Shown here: positions 1 to 9,992 of the stretch, piece after piece
Layout of the letters: every line of letters begins with the position of its first letter
Numbering within the stretch: the first letter of the stretch is position 1
NCBI GenBank assembly: GCA_005191425.1
Contig: SUPR01000001.1
Location: 5,762-69,761, forward strand
Origin: Candidatus Helarchaeota ASGARD archaeon Hel_GB_B
Lineage (GTDB): Archaea > Asgardarchaeota > Lokiarchaeia > Helarchaeales > HEL-GB-B
Reading direction: 5' to 3'
Length of the DNA stretch: 64,000 nt
Notes under the pieces: generated by a model
Database searches by the model: none
Told to the model about the DNA's origin: nothing
The model's input: the letters and a program-made list of their open reading frames with translations, nothing else
Position numbers and translations under genes: made by a program

Positions 1-579
1 AAATGATGAATAACTTTTATAATATATATAATCTAACAACTCTTTCTCCATTTTTTCCATAAAATTAGTACCTAAAGGTACAATAACAAAACCATAATCA
101 GTAATATATTCGATAATTTTATTCATAGATTTGATCGATAACTTAGAAATATCCTTTTTTATATCCTCAAATTTTAAAATTAATACAGGCTGGTTCTCTA
201 AAAGAGTGTAAAAGAGAGAATATGTATTATTCTTAAAAAACAATTTATTATGAACTGACAATAAAAAATTTTTAAGTTCAATGTTCAATTTATTGATTTC
301 AGAATTGTCATTATAATAAAATATTATAAAAAAACCAAACCCACCAATTGTAGCCGCCCATACTGCCATTAATATATAATTAGAATATTCACTAAACAAA
401 AAAAGCGAAATTATATAAAATAAATATATAAAAATCAAAAATAATAGATATAAATATTTGAAATATGGCTTAATTTTATCATATTTTTTTTGTAAATAAT
501 TTTCTCTATGGTTTATTATTTTTGATTTTTCATTGAGGATTTTTTGAATTTTTTCCTTTATATTGTTTTGATTATTCAT
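1..579 (-). CDS. Partial membrane protein of unknown function. The 5' part (ATG at 579-577 on the minus strand) is in the window; the ORF runs off the window start with no stop.
   Basis: Hand translation gives MNNQNNIKEKIQKILNEKSK... with two hydrophobic segments (LYLLFLIFIYLFYIISLFLF, ILMAVWAATIGGFGFFIIFYY). No stop codon found before position 1. It overlaps the stop of the upstream gene by 8 nt. It is absent from the ORF track because it is incomplete. Confidence 0.35.
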   Translation of the reverse strand, partial: MNNQNNIKEKIQKILNEKSKIINHRENYLQKKYDKIKPYFKYLYLLFLIFIYLFYIISLFLFSEYSNYILMAVWAATIGGFGFFIIFYYNDNSEINKLNIELKNFLLSVHNKLFFKNNTYSLFYTLLENQPVLILKFEDIKKDISKLSIKSMNKIIEYITDYGFVIVPLGTNFMEKMEKELLDYIYYKSYSSF

Positions 580-2467
580 TTTCTTTATCCATTTCATTGA
601 TAAGATTTTTAAGAATGTTTTTTAATTCGTTATCAGGGAGATATATTATATTTTGTAATTTGGAATAGGTTAGATTAGAATTTTCTTTTATATATTTTTT
701 TAACCAATTTTGAAATCTAATTTTATCTAATATGACCAAGGTTGAATTATTTTTCGCAATAATATAGCGTAAATTATTATCATTATTAACCAATTTTCTA
801 ATTGTATTATCAAATTTTTTAAATGTAATATTGTTCTTTTTACAAAATTCCGTTATTTTAATGGTTTTATTTGAATTTAATAGCTTATATATTAATTTTT
901 CAATTCTTTTTGATTTGTTTAAAATTATATATCCAATAGTAAAAATTAAAGTCAATATTATTATTAATAATATTAACAAAAGTAGATAAAAAGGGTTCAT
1001 ATAAAATGGGTTTACTATTAAGTTCAACGAATAAATGCCGAGAATATTGCTAAAATAATAAATTATTATAGAAACTGAAGCGTTTCCAGGAGGAGATGTC
1101 CATGACATAGTTAATTTTAAGCTAAAATTGTTTTCTCCGGGAGTTATATTAATTAGTTTATATGTTTCATATATCCGATCGCTAGAAAAAATTAAGATGG
1201 TAATATTTATCGAATAATTATAATAATTGTTATAATTAACATTCATTACAATATTTTCTCCAGGATATACAGTAATTTTTGGACAATTAAATTTAAAACT
1301 ATAGGGCTTATTAATTATTATTGACAAATTACGAAAGTATATTTGTAAATCACTACCATTAAACGATTTATTTATATAAATTTTAACGATAAGATAGGTT
1401 TTTTTTGGTAGTGCATTATATTGACATTTAATATTACCGTCTATCTTTCTATTTAATTCATATTTATAGAGCACACCAGTAAGCTCATCATTTTCAAAAA
1501 ATTGGGAAATAAAATTTATTCTATAAGAAAAATTGGAATCACAATAATTTGAAATCGTAAGGTTGTAAAATAGCGAGTTGAACAATAAAATCTGGGAATT
1601 ATAATTAAAATTTGTGATAAATGGAGTGCTAAAAAATCGGTTAATAACTAACGAATAAATCCAATTACCAATTGTAGTAAAATTTAATGTATCAATCCAA
1701 TCAGCATGTACCCTGATAAAATACCCCCGCCCGTTTTTAGGTTGAAATAAAATAGGATCAGCCAAATCACCATTTTGACAATATAATTCGTAATAAATAG
1801 AATTTGACTCCAATAAACTAATAGAAGTGAAAATATCATTAGTATGAGAAAATAATTTCGGAATATAGTATTTTCCAAGCGTCGTTGGAATTACAAGTTG
1901 ATCAGACCTAGTTATAATATAATTCATATCTAAGACTTTTTGACCACCATTATGTCCATATTCTTTGTTTGTCCCATTTGGATAACTTATCCAATAAAAC
2001 TCTTCACATCCAGTCCAGAGAATTATTCCTCCATTGTCCAACCATTTTTCAATTAATGAATTTTCAGACCCATTCCAAATAAAATATGGAAGGATACCCA
2101 TTGAAACTATTAAAATTCCTTTAGAATTATTCTCTAAAAAGTTAAGTAAATGTATATCGTCTAAGATATTGCTCTTAATTCCAAAATTATTAAAACTTGT
2201 ATTTAAAAAATCAGCTAATTCTTTAGAATATGAGATCCAAGGGGCAGAATAATTGTCATCATAAAAAATAACAACAGGTAATAAATTATTTTTTGAATTA
2301 CTATAAATATTGCCATTATTTAGAAATTTTTGAGGGACTTGACCAAAATTAGTCAGATTTACATTTAAAATAAATGAAAAAAAATAACCTGATGCAATAA
2401 ATAATAAAATACCATATAATTTTGTTTTTCTCAAATAAATGACCAATAAAAATGTTAGTTTAATCAA
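572..2467 (-). CDS. Large type-I membrane / surface protein. It has an N-terminal signal-anchor, a ~480-aa ectodomain with about 16 N-glycosylation sequons, a C-terminal TM helix and a short cytoplasmic tail. Candidate surface (S-layer-like) glycoprotein.
   Basis: N-terminus MIKLTFLLVIYL...LLFIASGYFFSF is hydrophobic. There are many N-x-S/T sequons (NLT, NTS, NGS, NGT, NFT, NKS, NYS, NIT, NAS...). A TM segment FYLLLLILLIIILTLIFTIGYIIL lies near the C-terminus. It sits next to a nucleotide-sugar / glycosyltransferase cluster. Confidence 0.6.
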   Translation of the reverse strand: MIKLTFLLVIYLRKTKLYGILLFIASGYFFSFILNVNLTNFGQVPQKFLNNGNIYSNSKNNLLPVVIFYDDNYSAPWISYSKELADFLNTSFNNFGIKSNILDDIHLLNFLENNSKGILIVSMGILPYFIWNGSENSLIEKWLDNGGIILWTGCEEFYWISYPNGTNKEYGHNGGQKVLDMNYIITRSDQLVIPTTLGKYYIPKLFSHTNDIFTSISLLESNSIYYELYCQNGDLADPILFQPKNGRGYFIRVHADWIDTLNFTTIGNWIYSLVINRFFSTPFITNFNYNSQILLFNSLFYNLTISNYCDSNFSYRINFISQFFENDELTGVLYKYELNRKIDGNIKCQYNALPKKTYLIVKIYINKSFNGSDLQIYFRNLSIIINKPYSFKFNCPKITVYPGENIVMNVNYNNYYNYSINITILIFSSDRIYETYKLINITPGENNFSLKLTMSWTSPPGNASVSIIIYYFSNILGIYSLNLIVNPFYMNPFYLLLLILLIIILTLIFTIGYIILNKSKRIEKLIYKLLNSNKTIKITEFCKKNNITFKKFDNTIRKLVNNDNNLRYIIAKNNSTLVILDKIRFQNWLKKYIKENSNLTYSKLQNIIYLPDNELKNILKNLINEMDKENE

Positions 2468-2560
2468 ATTATTAAAAAGATATATTTATGAATATTTGTC
2501 AACCAAATCATATTTATTACTATTAAATAAATATTTTACTAAAAAATTGGTGATCTTAAA

Positions 2561-3598
2561 ATGAAAATAATAGTAACTGGTGGGTCTGGTTTTATCGGCT
2601 CAAATTTAGTTTATAATTTAATGCAAGACCAAGAAAACGAAATTTTTATAATCGATAGTTTGATTAGGGAGGGGTCTCAGTATAATTATGAATGGTTATC
2701 TGGCCAATTTAAGAGTTACGAGAATTTTCATTTTATTCAAGAAGATATAAGAAAATTTGATAGTATTAAAAATTATTTTAAAGATGTAGACATGGTTTTT
2801 CATATAGCAGGGCAAGTTGCGGTGACTACATCAGTAATAGATCCGATAACTGATTTTGAGATTAATGCTAGAGGTACCTTAAATATATTAGAGAGTTCTA
2901 GATTGTCAAATAATGACCCAATTATTTTATTTACATCAACAAATAAGGTGTATGGAAATTTAGAAATCTATGATGTTGTTTTAAGAAATAACAGATGGGA
3001 TTTTAAAGATTTAAAAAAAGGTAATAGTGAAACCACACCTGTAGATTTTCATAGTCCTTATGGGTGTTCTAAAGGGACTGCTGATTCTTATATGAAGGAT
3101 TATTATAGAATTTATGGCTTAAAGACTATTGTTTTTAGGATGTCTTGCATTTATGGCACAAGGCAATTTGGAAATGAAGACCAAGGCTGGGTTGCTCATT
3201 TTATAATTTCAAGCATTTTAAACAAAAAATTAACAATTTATGGCGATGGTAAACAAGTAAGAGATATTTTATTTGTAGATGATTTGATAAATGCAATGAA
3301 ATTAGCTACTACTAATATTGATAAAACAAAAGGAAATGTTTATAATATTGGTGGTGGGCCAAGTAATGTAATATCGCTTCTAGAATTAATTGAAATACTT
3401 GAAAATAAACTAAAAAGGAAAATACCACTGAATTTCGATGATTGGAGACCTGGAGACCAAAAAGTTTACTATTCAAATATTACAAAGGCTAATAATGATT
3501 TTAAATGGACCCCAAATATTAATAAAATTGACGGTATTTCAAAATTATACAATTGGGTAATAGAAAACAAGGAAATGATCAAAAAAATATTTAAATAA
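2561..3598 (+). CDS. NAD-dependent epimerase/dehydratase (extended SDR; UDP-sugar 4-epimerase or dehydratase-like)
   Basis: N-terminal Rossmann motif VTGGSGFIGSNL. Catalytic YxxxK (YGCSKGTADSYM). Length 345 aa. Confidence 0.8.
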   Translation: MKIIVTGGSGFIGSNLVYNLMQDQENEIFIIDSLIREGSQYNYEWLSGQFKSYENFHFIQEDIRKFDSIKNYFKDVDMVFHIAGQVAVTTSVIDPITDFEINARGTLNILESSRLSNNDPIILFTSTNKVYGNLEIYDVVLRNNRWDFKDLKKGNSETTPVDFHSPYGCSKGTADSYMKDYYRIYGLKTIVFRMSCIYGTRQFGNEDQGWVAHFIISSILNKKLTIYGDGKQVRDILFVDDLINAMKLATTNIDKTKGNVYNIGGGPSNVISLLELIEILENKLKRKIPLNFDDWRPGDQKVYYSNITKANNDFKWTPNINKIDGISKLYNWVIENKEMIKKIFK

Positions 3599-3619
3599 CT
3601 CAAGAGGGGTTATATTTAT

Positions 3620-4516
3620 ATGAAAATTAAAAAAGCAATAATTCCAAGCGCTGGACTGGGGACTCGCTTATTACCTGCCACTTTTGCACAACCAAAAGAA
3701 ATGTTGCCAGTGGGTAGAAAACCAACTATTCAATATGTAGTTGAGGAACTGGCAAATGCAGGTATTTCAGATATTTTAATTATAACCGGACGAAATAAAC
3801 GCGCAATTGAAGACCATTTCGATATAGATTATACATTACTTGAAAATCTTAAACAACATGGAAAAAATAAATTACTAGAACAAATGAGTTTTTTAGAAAA
3901 ATTGAAAGTTAATATATTTATTACTCGACAATCAAAACCCACAGGACTTGCAGACGCCGTTCTTCTAGGAGAAGCATTTATCGAAAATGAACCATTTGCA
4001 GTCGCATTGGGAGACACGATTATAAAATCTTCTAAAAAGAATAATAACTATCTAAAAAGGTTATGCGAGTTCCACCTCAAAAAAAATTCTTATGGAACTA
4101 TTGGAGTTGAACCAGTCAGCCTAGAACAAGTCTCAAAATACGGAATTATAGAAGGTAATCAAGATAATGAAGGAATTTACAAAGTATTAAACTTAATAGA
4201 AAAACCTTTACCTTCTGAAGCACCTAGTAATCTTGCTATTAACGGTAGATATGTTTTTAATCCTGAAATTTTTGACTGTATTAAAAAAACAAAAATTGGA
4301 ATTGGAAATGAACGACAATTGACGGATTCAATTCGAATTTTATTAGATTTAAAAAAGAATGATATTTGGGCTATCTGTATGAAAAAAGGAGAAAAACGAT
4401 ATGACATCGGAAATCCTCTAGATTATGCAAAAGCATTTATAGAATTATGTCTGGACGACTCAGAAATTAAAGATGATTTAATAATTTTTCTTAAAAAATT
4501 CATAAAGAATTTATAA
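3620..4516 (+). CDS. galU: UTP-glucose-1-phosphate uridylyltransferase (sugar-1-phosphate nucleotidyltransferase)
   Basis: KAIIPSAGLGTRLLPATFAQPKEMLPV is the classic GalU/NTP-transferase N-terminal signature. Length 298 aa. Confidence 0.75.
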   Translation: MKIKKAIIPSAGLGTRLLPATFAQPKEMLPVGRKPTIQYVVEELANAGISDILIITGRNKRAIEDHFDIDYTLLENLKQHGKNKLLEQMSFLEKLKVNIFITRQSKPTGLADAVLLGEAFIENEPFAVALGDTIIKSSKKNNNYLKRLCEFHLKKNSYGTIGVEPVSLEQVSKYGIIEGNQDNEGIYKVLNLIEKPLPSEAPSNLAINGRYVFNPEIFDCIKKTKIGIGNERQLTDSIRILLDLKKNDIWAICMKKGEKRYDIGNPLDYAKAFIELCLDDSEIKDDLIIFLKKFIKNL

Positions 4517-4529
4517 TTTCAAACTCATA

Positions 4530-5741
4530 ATGACTCAAATCGTTTTAATTGGTCCACCGTTAATAAGCATACCACCTAAAAGTGGAGGTGCAATCGAAAA
4601 ATATATTTTTGAATTGGGGACTTATCTATCAAAATTGAACTTTAAAATTATCATCTTTACAATAAAAGACATAAATAATAATAAAGTAGAAGTTTTAAAT
4701 GAAAATTTGAGGATAGTTAAGGTTAAAACTTTTCAAATACCAATTTTAAGAGGTATAATCTATAATTTTAAAGTTTTTCTACGATTACTCCAATTAAAAG
4801 AAAAGAAAATTATATGGACTAATGGTATTTCTCAGATTTTAATTATTATGATTATTAAATTATTTTCTAAAAATATTGCAACCATATTTACAACGCATAA
4901 TATAAGGCCATGGTTTAAGACGGGGACGCATTCAAAAGTTAGAGATATAATTGATCTGTTTTTAGGTATTCAATGTCTTAGATACTCGGATTTTATTATT
5001 ACGCTTACAAATAGGATGAAAAATTACTTGAATAATAGATTCTTAAAAGAAAATAAATTTGAAGTCATCCCAATAGGCATATCAAAAAACATCCTTAAAA
5101 AGTTCCCCTTAAAAAAATATCCCGAAGAACAAGCGAAAAAGCTTTTTCAAATTATTTATATCGGTCAAATTAATAAATTAAAAGGATTGGACATTCTTAT
5201 TGAATCTATACATCAAATAAATAATAGAAACTTAAATTATAAGTTATTTCTTAAGATAATTGGTCAACTTAGCAATGATATTGCTTCAGATATGCATAAA
5301 AAAAGAAAATATTTAACAAAAATTAGAAATTTAATAAAAAACCTTCAATTAAATAATTTTGTCGAATTTAAGGGAAAACTTGAGTCGAGTAAGGTTTTTA
5401 ATGAGATTTATGATTCAGATTTGTATGTTTTACCGTCAATGGGAGAAACTTTTAATTTAAGTGCATTAGAATCTCTTGCAATTGGTACTCCAATTGTAAT
5501 TACAAATAGTACAGGAATCTCAGAATATCTTACACATGGAAAAAATTGCCAAATCATTTTAAAGAGAAATTCTATATCGATAACCAATGCAATTTATTCT
5601 CTCTTGAAAAATTTAAGTCTAACAAATCAAATTAAGATTAATTCAAGAAAAATAGTGTCTGAAAAATTTCTGTGGGACAATTTAATTAAAAAATATGAAA
5701 AATTTATACGAAATATATTAGAGAAACATAAAATGAAGTGA
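4530..5741 (+). CDS. Glycosyltransferase, GT4 (GT-B) family
   Basis: C-terminal block FVEFKGKLES...LYVLPSMGETFNLSALESLAIGTPIVITNSTGISEYL is typical of GT1/GT4 retaining glycosyltransferases. Confidence 0.7.
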   Translation: MTQIVLIGPPLISIPPKSGGAIEKYIFELGTYLSKLNFKIIIFTIKDINNNKVEVLNENLRIVKVKTFQIPILRGIIYNFKVFLRLLQLKEKKIIWTNGISQILIIMIIKLFSKNIATIFTTHNIRPWFKTGTHSKVRDIIDLFLGIQCLRYSDFIITLTNRMKNYLNNRFLKENKFEVIPIGISKNILKKFPLKKYPEEQAKKLFQIIYIGQINKLKGLDILIESIHQINNRNLNYKLFLKIIGQLSNDIASDMHKKRKYLTKIRNLIKNLQLNNFVEFKGKLESSKVFNEIYDSDLYVLPSMGETFNLSALESLAIGTPIVITNSTGISEYLTHGKNCQIILKRNSISITNAIYSLLKNLSLTNQIKINSRKIVSEKFLWDNLIKKYEKFIRNILEKHKMK

Positions 5742-5754
5742 AATTTAAATCTTA

Positions 5755-6783
5755 TTAATGCCATTCGGCACTGCATTGTAAACATCGGTGTTTTTTAGCA
5801 TAAATTGGTCTTCCAGCTGCAATATATAAAATTCTACTCTTATCAATTTCCTCAACTACTCTCTTTGATCCGCATTTAGGACATCTCCAATGATCTTCTA
5901 GAGTAACATTTTCGGTAGCAGTAGTGTCTGGTGCATTAACTGCGGGAGTTGCAACAGGACTGGATACAGATTTTTCGGCGGGTACACTTTCAATTAACTT
6001 TTGACCTTCTTGAAATGCAGACTGAGGTTGAGGCGCTTGAGTTCGAGTTTGTAATGATTGAATTTGATATTGCAAGCTAGATATTTCTTCATTTAATTTT
6101 GCAATTTGTTGGTCTTTTTCATTAATAACTGACTGTAATTGAGCTATTTCAGAATCTTTTTGTGATATAATCTCTTGAGAACTACTAGCAGCCTGTAACT
6201 GAGCTTCTAACTCTTTAATTTTTTCTTCATTTTGGCGTATCTCATTTAATAATTCATCATTGTCTTTCATTAGACTTATAATTTCATTTTCTTTTTCCTT
6301 AATTTTTGAGTCAAACTGAGCAGTATTCTGATTTATTTGCACCATTTGATCTCTTAAGGACTGTATCTCATTATCTTTTTCGGCTATTATTGAATCTTTT
6401 TCATTAATTATTTTATCTTTATTTGCAATTTCGGCTTTAACTGTATTTACAGCTTCTTGAACATCATTTATTGCTTGTTTTAATTCCTTAATGTGATTAT
6501 CTTTAGTGGTCAATTGTAATTTTAAATCACTTATTATCTTAGTATTTTCGTCATTAGTTTGTTCTAATTCTGCTAATTTATCACTTAATGTTTTTTCTTG
6601 GACTTTTAGCTGCTCTTCTAAATCCTTTATTTTTGAATTTGCTTCTTGATTTAAAATTTGAACCTTTTTTAATTCAGCTTCAAGCATAACAATTTTTTTC
6701 TTGCGGTCTAAAAGATATATACCTGAAACTTTATAAGATTTCTCTGGCTTTTCTTGTATCTTTTCCCAATCTGGTTCTTCCAT
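5755..6783 (-). CDS. Coiled-coil protein with a C-terminal C4 zinc ribbon
   Basis: About 230 aa of heptad-like, E/K/Q-rich sequence, then a proline-rich linker and CPKCGSKRVVEE...HRCLQCSAEWH. Confidence 0.6.
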   Translation of the reverse strand: MEEPDWEKIQEKPEKSYKVSGIYLLDRKKKIVMLEAELKKVQILNQEANSKIKDLEEQLKVQEKTLSDKLAELEQTNDENTKIISDLKLQLTTKDNHIKELKQAINDVQEAVNTVKAEIANKDKIINEKDSIIAEKDNEIQSLRDQMVQINQNTAQFDSKIKEKENEIISLMKDNDELLNEIRQNEEKIKELEAQLQAASSSQEIISQKDSEIAQLQSVINEKDQQIAKLNEEISSLQYQIQSLQTRTQAPQPQSAFQEGQKLIESVPAEKSVSSPVATPAVNAPDTTATENVTLEDHWRCPKCGSKRVVEEIDKSRILYIAAGRPIYAKKHRCLQCSAEWH

Positions 6784-6959
6784 TCATATCACCTAAATAT
6801 AGACCTAAATAAAGGCAAAAATAAAAATCATGTCCTATTTTTCTAAAATTTATAATTTATAATAATTTTATTCATATTGTAATGATGTATTTTTCAAGTA
6901 ATATTTATTTTATTGATATTTAATTATATTGAAAATTATAATTTTACGAAATAATAAAA

Positions 6960-7877
6960 TTATTCAGTTTCTATATGGATCCACCCTTTTAGTTGATATT
7001 TGTTAATCACATCAAGTATCTCAGTTTCCGATTTCTTTGTTAATTCAGCAATTTGTTTAATAGAATGTTTCCCATCACAAAATTGAATAACTTGGCCCTC
7101 TTCAAATGAAAATTTTTTATCAATGTATTTTTCTAATAAAATGGGATAAAGCTCGATATCACCTTCATTTTCTTTTTCAGATATATCAGGAGTAGCACTG
7201 ATATATGTTTTACCAATAATTTTACTTTTATATAATTCGTCTTCGGATATAGTAGTAATTATTTCAATCCAACCTTTGTCTTTATATGTATTTATTATTG
7301 ATAAAATCTCTGCTTTTGGCAATTTTACTTGCTTAATTATTTCGGCGATTGTTTTTTCACCATCGCATAATTTTAATACAAGCCCTTCGTTATATGCATA
7401 TTTTTTATCTTTATATTGCTGCCTCAAAAGGGGGCACTGTATTTCTTCTAAACTTTTTGGAATTTCTCTTTTCTTTAACTTAATTATTTTATGAGCATTC
7501 TTTTCAATTTCTTCCATTTGAACAATGTTTTCAATATACTCATTAATTTTAGGAGTATAATTCTTAACTATACCTTGAAACAGTAAAATATTTCCGCTTT
7601 GCCCCTTTTCTAAATAAATTGCAACTAATATATTTTCAGATATCCGAAAAAAACCTAAAGGCGCAGAAATTGGTAGTGAATACTGCCCAATATTTATGTT
7701 CAAATTTTTATAAAAATCCTCGATTATATCTTTTTGTGCGTCTAATTGTTTATCATAGTAATAGTATTTACCATTTAAATCTAAAATTGCAAGATATGGT
7801 GTATCTGCAATAATTGATTTCATTTTTGTTTTTATTTCCTTGACCAAATTATCAAATGGATTGAAAGTCATCTTCAA
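6960..7877 (-). CDS. Hypothetical protein with an N-terminal roadblock/LC7-like domain followed by two tandem ~65-aa winged-helix-like repeats
   Basis: N-terminus (PYLAILDLNGKYYYY...NILVAIYLEKGQSGNILLF) has a roadblock-like beta-alpha-beta pattern. An internal repeat is present: KKYAYNEGLVLKLCDGEKTIAEIIKQVKLPKAEILSIINTYKDKGWIEI versus KKFSFEEGQVIQFCDGKHSIKQIAELTKKSETEILDVINKYQLKGWIHI. Confidence 0.45.
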   Translation of the reverse strand: MKMTFNPFDNLVKEIKTKMKSIIADTPYLAILDLNGKYYYYDKQLDAQKDIIEDFYKNLNINIGQYSLPISAPLGFFRISENILVAIYLEKGQSGNILLFQGIVKNYTPKINEYIENIVQMEEIEKNAHKIIKLKKREIPKSLEEIQCPLLRQQYKDKKYAYNEGLVLKLCDGEKTIAEIIKQVKLPKAEILSIINTYKDKGWIEIITTISEDELYKSKIIGKTYISATPDISEKENEGDIELYPILLEKYIDKKFSFEEGQVIQFCDGKHSIKQIAELTKKSETEILDVINKYQLKGWIHIETE

Positions 7878-7898
7878 TACCTCATTTTAAATTATTAT

Positions 7899-9101
7899 TC
7901 AATATAAATAAAGGTTTTCTACAATATTAATTGTTTTATCAAATAATTTTTCTCTTGAATCTCCCAAAATCTGAATAGTTAATATTGGGTCACCCTTTTT
8001 TATTATTGTCCCTAATGATGGAATATCAAAAAATATTGGCTTTTTAAAACTTTTATTAACTTTAAAGTCATTTTTTGCATATGGTATAATCTTAATTCCA
8101 TATTTATTTTTTGGGAATTGTGGGCGAATTATTTTCCCTTTACAAGAATCTATATGCAGTTTAACCATATTAAAACCAGATAATAACTCTAATAATTCCA
8201 TTGTACCTGGGAACCGCGGATTTACCTCCATAAAATAAATATTACCGCCATAAATTTTAAGATCAACTCCATTTATTCCACGTAATTTTAAAAATTTTAG
8301 CAAATCCTTGGTTGATTTTATTATTTTGTTTTTTATTTTATTATCTAAATCAATTGGTATAATATTTCCACAATATGCAAAAGGAGTAGGTGCATTACAT
8401 TGTTTTAATCCAATTAATTGCTCATTTATTGAAATTATATGCACTTCTTCTTCATTATTTAAGGAAGTTATACTAATATCCTTGCCAGGGATATATTCTT
8501 GTACCACCATGTCCGCCTTTTTCTCATCTCCTAATAAAAATTTCCAAGATGCATTAATATTTTCTTCACTATTTATTCTTAAAATTCCGCGTCCGCCTCC
8601 ACTAGCCCATGAAGCACGCAACACAAGTGGATACCCATTTTCTTTACCAAAATCAATAATCTGACTTGGTTTATAAACAATTTTAGATTTTGGGACTTTT
8701 AGACCAAATTGCCCGACTTTTTTATTTAAATTGATACGATCTCTTGCTCTTTTTATTTTTATCGGTTCATTACCTTCAACCCAGACCAATTTTGAAATAT
8801 TTTGCCAAATATCATATCGATCGTCTAATCCACTACCAATTAATGCCGTATTGATTTCTGGATGCTTTTCTATCATTTTCTTGGTTAAATAAAACAAAAT
8901 ATCACTAAATTGTACATTTTTACCCAAGATATTTTCTTTTTTATCTTCAAAATCACGTACTACTAAGATATCATTTGCTATTTTCCGGAGATCTTGGTCT
9001 CCCCAGTAATCTATTACATTTACTTTTAGCCCCAATGCCTTGGCAGATGCCGCAATCGGTCTTGAATTCACACCTATTACTAAAATTGATTCACTATTCA
9101 A
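7899..9101 (-). CDS. ATP-grasp domain protein (uncharacterised archaeal carboligase-like, COG2232-like)
   Basis: Pre-ATP-grasp N-terminal domain ILVIGVNSRPIAASAKALG. ATP-grasp core PLVLRASWASGGGRGI...MVVQEYIPG...YFMEVNPRFPGT. Confidence 0.65.
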   Translation of the reverse strand: MNSESILVIGVNSRPIAASAKALGLKVNVIDYWGDQDLRKIANDILVVRDFEDKKENILGKNVQFSDILFYLTKKMIEKHPEINTALIGSGLDDRYDIWQNISKLVWVEGNEPIKIKRARDRINLNKKVGQFGLKVPKSKIVYKPSQIIDFGKENGYPLVLRASWASGGGRGILRINSEENINASWKFLLGDEKKADMVVQEYIPGKDISITSLNNEEEVHIISINEQLIGLKQCNAPTPFAYCGNIIPIDLDNKIKNKIIKSTKDLLKFLKLRGINGVDLKIYGGNIYFMEVNPRFPGTMELLELLSGFNMVKLHIDSCKGKIIRPQFPKNKYGIKIIPYAKNDFKVNKSFKKPIFFDIPSLGTIIKKGDPILTIQILGDSREKLFDKTINIVENLYLY

Positions 9102-9203
9102 ATTATATCAATCGAAAATTTAATTTAAATTAATTTTTAATTCTTTATTTTTCAAAATACTTAAAATTATTTATTAAAAATTATTATCATTATTTTACTG
9201 GAA

Positions 9204-9992
9204 GTGAAAATTAAATTGAAAATCACTTTTCTTGGAACAATTGGGTCCGCACTAAGTTCAACTTTAACATATTCTAGTATCCTTATAAATAATGACCTAT
9301 TACTTGATTGCGGCGAAGGTACTACTCAAAAATTAATTTTACTTGACAAAATTGATACAATTAATACTATATGTATTACACACCTCCATAATGACCACTT
9401 TTTAGGAATATTCTCTCTATTATGGTATTATTGGATTATTTCTCAAAGAACTAGACCATTAAAAATCATTGGGCCTCCACAGATAGATTACACGATTAGA
9501 ACAATTTTAAAATTAATTAATACACCTTCAAATGCCTTAAAATTTGATTTGGACTTTATGGTCCTTAAAGATTCCAATAAATTTCAATTGGTCAATGTAA
9601 ATGACTATATAATTACTGCTGCTAAAGTTGAACATATCCCAATTACTTTCGCGTATAAAGTTGAAGAAAAACTCTCAAATAAATCTCTTTGTTATACAGG
9701 TGATACAAGACCTGTTGAAAATATTATTAAATTGTCTTCAGGTTGTACATTATTAATTTGTGAAGCAACATTCCCGGACTCTTTAGCAGATTTCGCCCAT
9801 AAATATTACCATTGCACACCATCAGATGCCGTAAAATTGGCAACTCAAGCTAATATAAGAAAACTTGCATTAACTCACATTTCAGCTGCATTCCATAATG
9901 AAAACATCTTGAAAAAAATTAAAGAACAATCTGAAAAGAAATTTATGAATGAAGTAATAATGGCAAAAGATTTGATGACATTAAACATTTAA
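9204..9992 (+). CDS. rnz: Ribonuclease Z-like MBL-fold metallo-hydrolase
   Basis: ITFLGTIGS...LLDCGEGTTQKL and the HxHxDH motif ITHLHNDHFLG. C-terminal HCTPSDAVKLATQANIRKLALTHIS matches the RNase Z C-terminal motif. Confidence 0.6.
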   Translation: MKIKLKITFLGTIGSALSSTLTYSSILINNDLLLDCGEGTTQKLILLDKIDTINTICITHLHNDHFLGIFSLLWYYWIISQRTRPLKIIGPPQIDYTIRTILKLINTPSNALKFDLDFMVLKDSNKFQLVNVNDYIITAAKVEHIPITFAYKVEEKLSNKSLCYTGDTRPVENIIKLSSGCTLLICEATFPDSLADFAHKYYHCTPSDAVKLATQANIRKLALTHISAAFHNENILKKIKEQSEKKFMNEVIMAKDLMTLNI

